From Patescibacteria group bacterium (GTDB lineage Bacteria > Patescibacteriota > JAUYIX01 > JBHPHK01): a DNA stretch of 64,000 nucleotides. The notes beneath the pieces are model-generated. The model worked only from the letters and a program-made list of their open reading frames with translations, did not search any database and was not told the DNA's origin. The DNA lies in the NCBI GenBank assembly GCA_042569365.1, contig JBHPHK010000002.1, forward strand, positions 10,494-74,493, read 5' to 3'. How positions within the stretch are numbered: position 1 is the stretch's first letter; every line of letters starts with the position of its first letter. A program made the translations under genes and the position numbers. This document shows positions 53,503 through 64,000 of this stretch, one piece after another.

Positions 53503-55380
53503 ATGGCGGACCAATTTTTCTCGGAAGATACAGCACGTATGCCGGCAGCAGATCAAGCAGCTGTAGCGGCTGCTTCTGTTCCTCAAGAACCGGCTGTTGT
53601 ACCACAGTCGGTAACTGCTGTTTCTGAGACGGTTCGAAGTCAGGGAGATACTACCAGCGATCTTCTCCAAAATCTAGTTTCAAACGGATTGCTAACGCAA
53701 GATCAACAAGCTGAATTGGTCAGTGCCTCTCAAACAGAGGGTTTGCCAGTTGAGCAGATTATTCGCGATCGTAAATTAGTAGATGAAGAGGGTTTGGTTC
53801 AGGCAAGAGCAAAAGTATTGGGACTGCCATATATCAATCTTTCAACGCTTAATATTCAGAAAGATATCCTGAATGAGTTGCCGAAAGATGTTGCACAGAA
53901 TTATCAGATACTTGTCTTTGAGAAAGCGGGGGAAATATTGCGCATTGGCGTTGTAAATCCTGAGGACTTTAGAGCATTGGAGGCGATCGAATTTCTAGCC
54001 GAAAAAAATCAGCTCAAGACAGAGATCTATATGATCTCGCAGACAAGTTTTGCATCCGGTTTCCAACAATATGAAACATTGCAGCTAGAGGTTAAAGAGG
54101 CTTTGGGAGAGGCAGAAGATCGCATTGACTTGGATGAGCTGGCGAGTGGCATTGATGTGAAGGAGGTGCAGGAAGTTGTTACTGAAGCACCGATTAGCAA
54201 GACAGTTGCCGTCATCATAAAACATGCCGTCGAAGGTCGTGCTTCCGATATTCATATTGAACCATTAGAGAGTCAGATTCGTGTTCGTTATCGAGTGGAT
54301 GGCATCATGTACTCTACATTAGACTTACCGAAGCATATTTTGCCGGAGATTGTTTCGCGTATTAAAATTTTAGCTAACTTAAAGATTGACGAGAAGCGTT
54401 TGCCGCAGGATGGTCGTTTTCGTTCAACTGTCGGCCAAAAGAGGATTGACTTCCGTGTTTCTACATTCCCAACTGTGAACGGTGAAAAAGTCGTGTTGCG
54501 CGTCTTGGATCGCACGGCTGGTATTGCAACATTTGAAGACTTGGGATTGGTGGGTTCACGAAGAGTCGCGGTGAACGACGCGATCCATCGTCCTTATGGA
54601 ATGATGCTCATGACTGGTCCGACTGGCTCAGGTAAAACCACAACGCTTTATTCCGCGATCAGCGTGATTAATAAGATAGATGTTAATATCGTGACCTTGG
54701 AAGATCCGGTGGAGTATTATCTTGAAGGAATTGCCCAGGCCCAGATCAAGGAAGAGATCGGCCTGACATTTGCAAACGGCTTGCGTTCAATTTTACGCCA
54801 AGACCCGGACATTATCATGCTTGGAGAAATCCGTGACGGAGAAACTGCTCAGATTGCAGTCAACTCCGCTCTGACCGGACACCTGGTCTTAAGTACGCTT
54901 CACACAAACAGCGCCGCTGGAGCCCTGCCTCGTCTCGTAGACCTAGGAGTCGAGCCATTCTTGCTCGCATCTTCCGTGAATCTGATGGCAGCCCAGCGAC
55001 TAGTGCGCCGCATTTGCGACAGTTGTAAAAAACAATCCGTAGCTCCTGCTCCAAAGATCGCAGAATACATCAAAGAAGAGTACGCCAAGCTTCCAGACTC
55101 AGAAAAGCAGCAAGTGCCTTTGCCGGATCCAATCCGCATTATACAAGCAGAAAAATGCGGACGTTGCGGAGGTACAGGCTACCAAGGCCGCATCGCAATT
55201 TTTGAAACAATTCCCTTTACCGACACACTTAAAGAAACATTCCTGGACAAGCCTTCCACGGGCGTCATCGAAAGACAATCACGTACGGAAGGAAATATCT
55301 CCATGATCCAGGACGGAATTTTAAAAATTATCCAAGGATACACGACTGTCGAAGAAGTTATTCGTGTAACCAAAGCTTAA
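53503..55380 (+). CDS. pilB: Type IV pilus extension ATPase PilB (GspE/PulE)
   Basis: ASDIHIEP, RLPQDGR, GPTGSGKTTTLY, EDPVEY, LRQDPDIIMLGEIRD, and a tetra-Cys Zn site. Confidence 0.96.
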   Translation: MADQFFSEDTARMPAADQAAVAAASVPQEPAVVPQSVTAVSETVRSQGDTTSDLLQNLVSNGLLTQDQQAELVSASQTEGLPVEQIIRDRKLVDEEGLVQARAKVLGLPYINLSTLNIQKDILNELPKDVAQNYQILVFEKAGEILRIGVVNPEDFRALEAIEFLAEKNQLKTEIYMISQTSFASGFQQYETLQLEVKEALGEAEDRIDLDELASGIDVKEVQEVVTEAPISKTVAVIIKHAVEGRASDIHIEPLESQIRVRYRVDGIMYSTLDLPKHILPEIVSRIKILANLKIDEKRLPQDGRFRSTVGQKRIDFRVSTFPTVNGEKVVLRVLDRTAGIATFEDLGLVGSRRVAVNDAIHRPYGMMLMTGPTGSGKTTTLYSAISVINKIDVNIVTLEDPVEYYLEGIAQAQIKEEIGLTFANGLRSILRQDPDIIMLGEIRDGETAQIAVNSALTGHLVLSTLHTNSAAGALPRLVDLGVEPFLLASSVNLMAAQRLVRRICDSCKKQSVAPAPKIAEYIKEEYAKLPDSEKQQVPLPDPIRIIQAEKCGRCGGTGYQGRIAIFETIPFTDTLKETFLDKPSTGVIERQSRTEGNISMIQDGILKIIQGYTTVEEVIRVTKA

Positions 55381-55398
55381 CTAACTAATACTATCTAT

Positions 55399-55773
55399 AT
55401 GGCTAATAAACCAAAAATTCTCTTAATCGAAGATGACAGCTTCTTGTCCAGCATGTACGTCACTAAGCTGGAGATTTCCGGTTTTGATGTGGAAGCAGCC
55501 GAAGACGGAGAAACTGGCTTAGAAAAAGTTAAAAGCTACAGCCCAGACTTGGTACTTTTAGATATTATTCTGCCTAAAATGAGCGGATTTGAGGTACTGG
55601 AAAGCATTCGCAAAGATGATGCCTATAAAGACATCCCGGTCATCATGCTCACCAACTTGTCGCAGCGCGATGATGTCGAGCGCGGACTCGATCTAGGAGC
55701 ACAGGACTATCTCATCAAAGCACACTTCACACCGTCCGAGGTGGTTACAAAAATCAAGAAGTATCTTGGTTAG
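55399..55773 (+). CDS. Single-domain response regulator (receiver only)
   Basis: LIEDD, PDLVLLDIILP..SG, PVIMLTN and DYLIK. Confidence 0.95.
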   Translation: MANKPKILLIEDDSFLSSMYVTKLEISGFDVEAAEDGETGLEKVKSYSPDLVLLDIILPKMSGFEVLESIRKDDAYKDIPVIMLTNLSQRDDVERGLDLGAQDYLIKAHFTPSEVVTKIKKYLG

Positions 55774-55799
55774 TTCTAACTAATTTATCGTAAGTACAT

Positions 55800-56897
55800 A
55801 TGGCCAATCCAGAAGAAACAACTAATCCTCTGAAAAAGGGTTTCAGAGGAATCTCTTTTCTAAACAAAATCAAGGTTCGTGATGTCGTTGTGATGACGCG
55901 CCAGTTTTCGGTGATGATTGACGCAGGCTTGCCGATCACACGCTCACTCGATGTTTTGATCAAGCAAACAGAGAACAAAAAACTTGCGATAGTCCTCGAA
56001 GAGGTTTCAGCAAAAGTTCAGGCGGGTTCTTCTTTGTCAAGTGCCTTCAAGCAATATCCGGAAGTCTTCTCTCAATTTTATGTATCTTTGATAGCTTCTG
56101 GTGAAACTGGAGGTAACTTAGCAGACTCCCTGCGTCAGCTTGCAGATCAGGTCGAGAAAAACCACGAGCTGACATCAAGTATCCGCAGCGCGTTGGTATA
56201 TCCGGCGTTTATTGTGTCAGTTATTGTCGTGGTGGGTATCGTCCTGCTGATCTATGTTGTGCCACAGCTCCAGTCGGTCTTCGAAGAATCTGGTGTGCAG
56301 TTGCCATTATTTACACGTATGTTGATCGGTGTCAGTAATTTCCTTGTCAGTTTTTGGTGGATTATCATTATCGTTATTGCAGCTATCTGGTACGGATTCT
56401 ATCGCTGGCTCAAGACTGTAAATGGTCGTGTTACATGGGATGGTTTCAAATTACGCATTCCGATTATCGGTAAGATCTTGCGTAAGATCTATGTCGCGCG
56501 TTTTACTCGCACCTTAGGAAGCTTGGTCGAGGGCCAGCTGCCGATTATCGAGTCGATTACAGTGGCTTCCGATGTCGTCAACAACGAAATTTATAAATCA
56601 ATCCTGATGCAGACGGCCGAGCGCGTGAAGGCGGGTGATACGATCATTGCTGCGTTAAGTGAGCATTCTGAGATCCAGCCTTTGGTCACGCAATTGATCG
56701 GAGTAGGTGAGGAGACTGGACAATTAGGCTTCGTACTTACGAAGGTTGCAGACTTTTTCAAGGAAGAGGTCGATCGTGCTGTGAAAAACCTAACCAACCT
56801 GCTCGAGCCGGCCATCATCGTTTTACTAGCAGTAGCGGTTGCAGGCGTAGTCTTGTCGATCATTCAGCCGATCTACAACCTGACCAGCGCGATTTAA
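55800..56897 (+). CDS. pilC: Type IV pilus platform protein PilC (GspF)
   Basis: RQFSVMIDAGLP, GETGG.L, ALVYPA, LPLFT, GEETG.L and LLEP. Confidence 0.95.
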   Translation: MANPEETTNPLKKGFRGISFLNKIKVRDVVVMTRQFSVMIDAGLPITRSLDVLIKQTENKKLAIVLEEVSAKVQAGSSLSSAFKQYPEVFSQFYVSLIASGETGGNLADSLRQLADQVEKNHELTSSIRSALVYPAFIVSVIVVVGIVLLIYVVPQLQSVFEESGVQLPLFTRMLIGVSNFLVSFWWIIIIVIAAIWYGFYRWLKTVNGRVTWDGFKLRIPIIGKILRKIYVARFTRTLGSLVEGQLPIIESITVASDVVNNEIYKSILMQTAERVKAGDTIIAALSEHSEIQPLVTQLIGVGEETGQLGFVLTKVADFFKEEVDRAVKNLTNLLEPAIIVLLAVAVAGVVLSIIQPIYNLTSAI

Positions 56898-56930
56898 AAA
56901 CCTTAAGTAAATTATTAATCTATAACGAGG

Positions 56931-56938
56931 GGAGGTGA
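56931..56938 (+). promoter_or_regulatory. Strong Shine-Dalgarno site for major pilin
   Basis: GGAGGTGA lies 4 nt before ATG 56943 and 7 nt before in-frame ATG 56946. Confidence 0.8.
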
Positions 56939-56942
56939 ACCA

Positions 56943-57389
56943 ATGATGAAATATAGTAAATCACAAAAAGGATTTACACTGATCGAATTACTTATCGTGA
57001 TTGCGATCATTGGTATCCTCGCCGCTGTTATTTTGATAGCTTTGGCTGGTGCGCGTCAGCGTGCCCGTGATGCCGCTCGTAAGAGTGACGTCGACTCCAT
57101 TCAGAATGCTGTAGAGCTTTATGCTAGTGATACGGGTAAATATCCTGCTGGATTGGTTGACGTAGCAACCACTGAGTATTTTGCTGGTGGAACCTTGCCT
57201 ACCGATCCTTTGTTTGGAACAGAGTACAACTATGACGCTGATGACGATGGATCTATTTATTGTGTCTGGGCAGAGCTAGAACGAGATATAGAGCTTGTAG
57301 TTGATGGTGTAACAGAAACAGGACCATGGTTTGCAAATGGACCTGGTTGTCTAGGAGATCCAACTGATTACACGGGCTTCAGTTTATAA
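56943..57389 (+). CDS. pilA: Probable major type IV pilin
   Basis: Class III signal KG|FTLIELL with ARDA.RK.D, P.DP and a C-terminal Cys pair. Has a strong SD and a downstream stem-loop. Confidence 0.88.
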   Translation: MMKYSKSQKGFTLIELLIVIAIIGILAAVILIALAGARQRARDAARKSDVDSIQNAVELYASDTGKYPAGLVDVATTEYFAGGTLPTDPLFGTEYNYDADDDGSIYCVWAELERDIELVVDGVTETGPWFANGPGCLGDPTDYTGFSL

Positions 57390-57473
57390 GCGTTCAAGTT
57401 AAGCTTATATTTTGAGTAAATCATATCTGATGAGAATTTCGATTCTCATCAGGAACGATCTACTGATAAACCT

Positions 57474-58262
57474 ATGACCATTTACATTTTTTCCATCATT
57501 GCTGTGTTGATTCTCGGCATTTTGGTTGGTAGTTTTTTAAACACTGTGATATTCCGATCACCAAAGAAGAATTCTTCTGTGCGAGGTCGTTCATATTGTC
57601 CAAAATGCAAAGAGCAGCTCAAGGCCAAGGATTTAATCCCGATATTTTCTTGGATTTTACTCAGAGGAAAATGTCGTTATTGCCAGCAAAAGATCAGTAC
57701 GCAATATTTACTAATTGAGCTGGTCACCGGCTTAATTTTTGTAGGATCATTTATCTATGTGATCCAAGACACCGCCTTCCCGACATTAGCAGACCCCACA
57801 TTCTTAAAATTAGTACTGCTCTGGGTCATCAGCTCTTTCTTAATAGTAATATTTTCAGTAGATCTACGAACCGGTTTGATATTGAATCGCACGCTCATAT
57901 ATCTGACTCCTTTTGTGCTTGCCTGGGCAGTAGTAAACAATGGAGCTGAGGGGCTACTGAGCAGTTTGATCGGGATGTTGGTCGCTGGCATATTATTCTG
58001 GATTCTCGTGATAGTATCAGGCGAAAAATGGATGGGAGCCGGTGACGCAAAGTTTGCTCTTTTAATAGGCTTTCTAGTCGGCTGGCCGATCGTCATGGTT
58101 TTACTAGCTCTCGCGTTTATCGGGGGAGCGATCATTGGACTCATCATGATGAGCTCTGGCAAAGCAAATCGTAAGACTGCTCTACCGTTTGGAACATTTC
58201 TAGCGGCAGCTACCTGGATCGCTATCATCTACGGCGACAAAATTGCAAATTATTTTTTCTAA
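57474..58262 (+). CDS. pilD: Prepilin peptidase/N-methyltransferase PilD
   Basis: GSFLN..I.R, RS.CPKC, IP..SW..LRGKCRYC, MGAGDAK and LPFGTFL. Confidence 0.95.
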   Translation: MTIYIFSIIAVLILGILVGSFLNTVIFRSPKKNSSVRGRSYCPKCKEQLKAKDLIPIFSWILLRGKCRYCQQKISTQYLLIELVTGLIFVGSFIYVIQDTAFPTLADPTFLKLVLLWVISSFLIVIFSVDLRTGLILNRTLIYLTPFVLAWAVVNNGAEGLLSSLIGMLVAGILFWILVIVSGEKWMGAGDAKFALLIGFLVGWPIVMVLLALAFIGGAIIGLIMMSSGKANRKTALPFGTFLAAATWIAIIYGDKIANYFF

Positions 58263-58829
58263 ATGACATCAAAATTATTTAAACAAATAAGAAAATCAGA
58301 AAAAGGCACTAGTATTGCTGAAATGATTTTAGTTATGGGACTTATTGGAATATTAGCAGCAATTACTGTAGGTAGTACCCAGCTGGCCACTCAAAGAGAA
58401 AGGATTCGCACAGCTGCTCGTGATTTGACTAGTCTTTTGCGCGAAGCCCAAACGCAATCAATTGAAGGACAACACAGAACTATCGATATAAATGAAGCGG
58501 CGCCTTTACAATATATCGTAGAGATCGATCAGGATGATAAAGTATTCAGATTATATACCTCACAGGACAATATTTACGAGACGACTACGAGCAATCTCTT
58601 AATCGAAACAATCCCGTATCATGAGCAAATCGATATATATGAGTCAGACCCAGCAGCGGGTACACTGTTTTCGGAAGCAATAGTGTTTGAGTCGCCATTT
58701 GGAAAAGTGGTCTTGAGCGATAGCATGAGCAAACCTTTGGTATTGGTATTTGCGGGATACAACAATAATTATTTTTGGAAGGTTACAATCGACGAAGGAT
58801 TTGCCAATATTGATGTGGATCGGTATTAA
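58263..58829 (+). CDS. Minor pilin, FimT/FimU-like
   Basis: KG|TSIAEMI (E5), LREAQ..S and IVF..PFG. Confidence 0.8.
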   Translation: MTSKLFKQIRKSEKGTSIAEMILVMGLIGILAAITVGSTQLATQRERIRTAARDLTSLLREAQTQSIEGQHRTIDINEAAPLQYIVEIDQDDKVFRLYTSQDNIYETTTSNLLIETIPYHEQIDIYESDPAAGTLFSEAIVFESPFGKVVLSDSMSKPLVLVFAGYNNNYFWKVTIDEGFANIDVDRY

Positions 58830-58837
58830 TATATTTT

Positions 58838-59404
58838 ATGCAAAATCTTAATTCACAAAAAGGACAGACATTGATTGAAACTATCGTATCGATAGCAATT
58901 ATTACGATCGCCTTTTTTGGACTGCTAGCATTGGGTCGTTCCTCTTTGCGCGCAGCAGATGTCGCTAAGTATGATCTAATCGGCGTGAACCTTGCACGTG
59001 AAGGAATAGAGCTTGTGCGTGCTGCCAGAGATAAGAGCGGAGACTTGTGGGCAGATATTAATGATATGGCCGTTGCTGGTGATCAATATCTTATAATAAA
59101 TAGTGATCTGCAATACAAGATTATAGATAATACCGTGGGAAATGGTCCAGCCCGACTTTCTTTTAGCTATGAAGGACTTACTGTGACGGAGCCAAGTTCG
59201 TATGAACACGAAGAAATAATTTGTTCTAATTCTAATTGTGTGCCTAGCTTATTGGCTCGCAAAATAACGGCTGAAAACAAAACTAAATCAGCAGGTGGCG
59301 ACACTTTAGATTATCTTCTAGTAACCTCAACTGTTACTTTTAGCCTAAAAGGTTTTGACGGCGATATTGTTTTATACGAAAAATTATTTGATTGGAAAGA
59401 ATAA
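58838..59404 (+). CDS. Minor pilin, PilV-like
   Basis: KG|QTLIETI (E5), NLAREGIELVR..RD, and a C-terminal LFDW. Confidence 0.85.
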   Translation: MQNLNSQKGQTLIETIVSIAIITIAFFGLLALGRSSLRAADVAKYDLIGVNLAREGIELVRAARDKSGDLWADINDMAVAGDQYLIINSDLQYKIIDNTVGNGPARLSFSYEGLTVTEPSSYEHEEIICSNSNCVPSLLARKITAENKTKSAGGDTLDYLLVTSTVTFSLKGFDGDIVLYEKLFDWKE

Positions 59405-59406
59405 AT

Positions 59407-59889
59407 ATGCCACGACTTCAAACCAAACAATTTAGAAGCGAAAAAGGATTTACATTGGTAGAAATACTTGTGGCTATTTCAATATTTGTGATCGTTATGA
59501 CGATCGCTACCGGGGCTTTCGTAAATATGATGAAAGTTCAACGCCGCGTGAACGCAAAAACCGAAGCCTTGCAAGACTTACGTCAGGTCACAGAGCTGAT
59601 GGTGCGCGATATTCGCACCGGACAAGTAACTCGTCGTGATAGCGATGAATTAGAAGTCATTAATCAGAAGGGCGATAAGATACTCTACGAATTAAGTCCT
59701 CTTAATAACGAGATTGTACGTGCAGGCAAAGCGATTACCGGAGAAAGAGTAAATATCCGGAAATTATTGTTCACCGGAGACCCTGATTCTCAAATCACAA
59801 TTTTCATCAGCGCCTTTGGAATTGAAGAGGCGGGTGCCGGTACAACCGAGGATGAGATCAATATTCAAACAAGCGTAACTAGTCGTTAA
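59407..59889 (+). CDS. Minor pilin, PilW-like
   Basis: KG|FTLVEIL (E5), M.RDIR, and a C-terminal IQTSVTSR. Start at ATG 59407. Confidence 0.85.
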   Translation: MPRLQTKQFRSEKGFTLVEILVAISIFVIVMTIATGAFVNMMKVQRRVNAKTEALQDLRQVTELMVRDIRTGQVTRRDSDELEVINQKGDKILYELSPLNNEIVRAGKAITGERVNIRKLLFTGDPDSQITIFISAFGIEEAGAGTTEDEINIQTSVTSR

Positions 59890-59890
59890 T

Positions 59891-60797
59891 ATGTCTCAGC
59901 CCATCATCAAGACAGCCAAAGAATCAGAAAAAGGAGCAATCTTACTGGTCACAGTTCTTATTTTGGCTGGTATTATGCTGATCTCTTTTGCGGTGGCAAC
60001 ATTGGCTCGGCGTGATCTGCGTGCAGCGAGTGATATGATTCGTGGTGAGATGGCTTTGTATGCGGCAGACAGCGGACTGGAAGAAGTACTTTATAGAATA
60101 AAATTACGTCATAATTATGCTGAATTTATCCCAGAAGATTATAGCAACTATATTGATTTTGAAGGAGATATTGATGGTCTGCAGTATATGATTGGATTTA
60201 CATCCGGATCTGAAAATACACGTTCTGGTAGCCTGATGGCAGACGAAAGCGACCAAATAGACATTGTGATTAACGGTAAATACGATCCGGTATCTGAAGA
60301 GTTTATCCCCGAGCCTCACTCGATTACCGAGATTAATGTAGAGTGGGATGGTGATCCTAACGCTTGGTTGGAATGGACTATTATTCGCTGGCCACAAGAC
60401 AGTCAGATCATCCCTTTTAATGTGAGCGACTTTGAGGATGATCCCACTGACGATTTTAATAATAACTATACAAACGTAACTCTATTCAAAGGACTGAAGC
60501 CGTATAGTGATCGTGAAAACGGTGTGACTAGTATTGCGCTTAATGATCTTGATTTCTCAGGCACTTATAATAGCTTGGGAGAATTTAACGAGTCGGAGAA
60601 CTTTAATTATATCTTGCGCCTGAAAGCACTGTACGGAGACATTAGTTATACGGTGTCTACAAATGATGATAATGGTTTGCCAGGTGTTCAAGGTATCCAA
60701 GCTATAGGCCTGCGTGGAGAAAACAAGCGCGCTCTCGAGATCAGTATCAATAGAACACGCGGCGCCGAAGGCTTCATAGACTATGTTTTGTATAGTG

Positions 60798-60820
<23 letters not shown>
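59891..60820 (+). CDS. Minor pilin, PilX-like
   Basis: KG|AILLV (no E5), ALYAADSGLEE.L, G.RG..KRALEI, ending FIDYVLYS. Confidence 0.85.
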
Positions 60821-63412
<2,592 letters not shown>

Positions 63413-63441
63413 GCTAAAATATATCCGAATATAACCAAGGG

Positions 63442-63515
63442 AAAAAGCCTGATTTTTGCTACACAGAAGTCTAGCAAAGGTGATCTTTTTATAGATCACA
63501 AAAATCAGGCTTTTT
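63442..63515. repeat. 17-bp perfect inverted repeat enclosing two smaller hairpins
   Basis: AAAAAGCCTGATTTTTG (63442-63458) and CAAAAATCAGGCTTTTT (63499-63515). Confidence 0.85.
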
Positions 63516-63695
63516 GGGGAGAAGTTTTTAAGACGCTCTTAATTCAAGCGATTCTTAAGATAAGATAAATACGCACCAGAGAAGCGGGAGAAAACCGGAA
63601 AAAACACTTCTTTATGTGGGTGGATAGCTATCTATCTAAAGGAACGATTGTTTATATTATAGCATTTTTTACACATGTTTTTTGCACAAATAAAA

Positions 63696-64000
63696 GAGCC
63701 GCTTCCGATAGGAGAGGCGGCTCATAAGGAGGTATATGTATGGTGGAGAAAGTACGCAACGGACGGAGTCTATTTCCAAGATGTACAGGTTGGGTTGGCA
63801 TTCCCGAAAGGGGAAAGTTACCACACCACTGAATGGGCGATTGTCCAGGAGGTCACAAATGTGACGTTCTGAATTCACCGAGACTTGGTATTGGATCGGT
63901 CAAATGGCCGTCCTAGACTGCGCCTTGCTACACCTCTGAGAACAGTTGAACCAACTACGCTCCTCCTAAAAAAGGAGAGGCACCGTTAGTTGAGTTGCTC
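63696..64000 (+). ncRNA. Candidate structured non-coding RNA, unidentified, probably truncated by window end
   Basis: Contiguous run of hairpins with a GAAA tetraloop, several with G-U pairs that form only on the + strand. More GC-rich than other intergenic DNA, and no convincing ORF. Confidence 0.45.

Noticed and set aside
57427-57456. CTGATGA followed by a hairpin looks like a hammerhead ribozyme core
   Set aside because: The required GAAA after stem II is absent. CTGATGAG is fully paired in a simple hairpin.
63741-64000. Minus-strand ...TTTCTCCACCA followed by a terminator-like hairpin suggests a tmRNA/tRNA-Ala 3' end
   Set aside because: There is no TTCRANY T-loop before the acceptor strand and no recognisable tag ORF, and G-U polarity favours the + strand. 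Not fully excluded without the sequence beyond the window.

Overview
This looks like ordinary chromosome from a Patescibacteria (CPR)-type bacterium. That is inferred from gene content: a minimal monoderm-like T4SS cluster, a type IV pilus operon without a secretin, few Shine-Dalgarno sites, and tRNA-Arg(GCG). I call 56 CDS and 3 tRNAs. Left to right: an SOS mutagenesis cassette (lexA/umuD-like, dinB, SRAP); cell-wall hydrolases (CHAP, LysM-M23, G5-RlpA); pcrA; a divergent UbiA prenyltransferase / polyprenyl synthase pair with rsmA; an ~18 kb T4SS-like operon (VirB6-, PrgI-, VirB4-, VirB8- and pilin-like genes plus three paralogous Ca-binding Ig-like surface proteins); recG; a tRNA-rich accessory patch; comF, recX, htpX and lemA; three large secreted adhesin-like proteins; the pil operon; ligA; and a structured non-coding stretch that runs off the right edge. 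The most notable observations are: (1) a PilX/tip-type beta-solenoid domain appears to be split, in collinear order, across the C-termini of the short PilX and the three secreted adhesins, suggesting a modular pilus tip assembled in trans; (2) TGA is almost absent as a stop (39 TAA, 16 TAG, 1 TGA) and is not used as a sense codon; (3) a triplet of paralogous T4SS-linked surface proteins; (4) a candidate attenuator leader before the T4SS operon; and (5) a candidate structured ncRNA at the right edge. All family assignments come from motif recognition by eye; no database searches were run. No integrase, transposase, CRISPR array or rRNA was seen.
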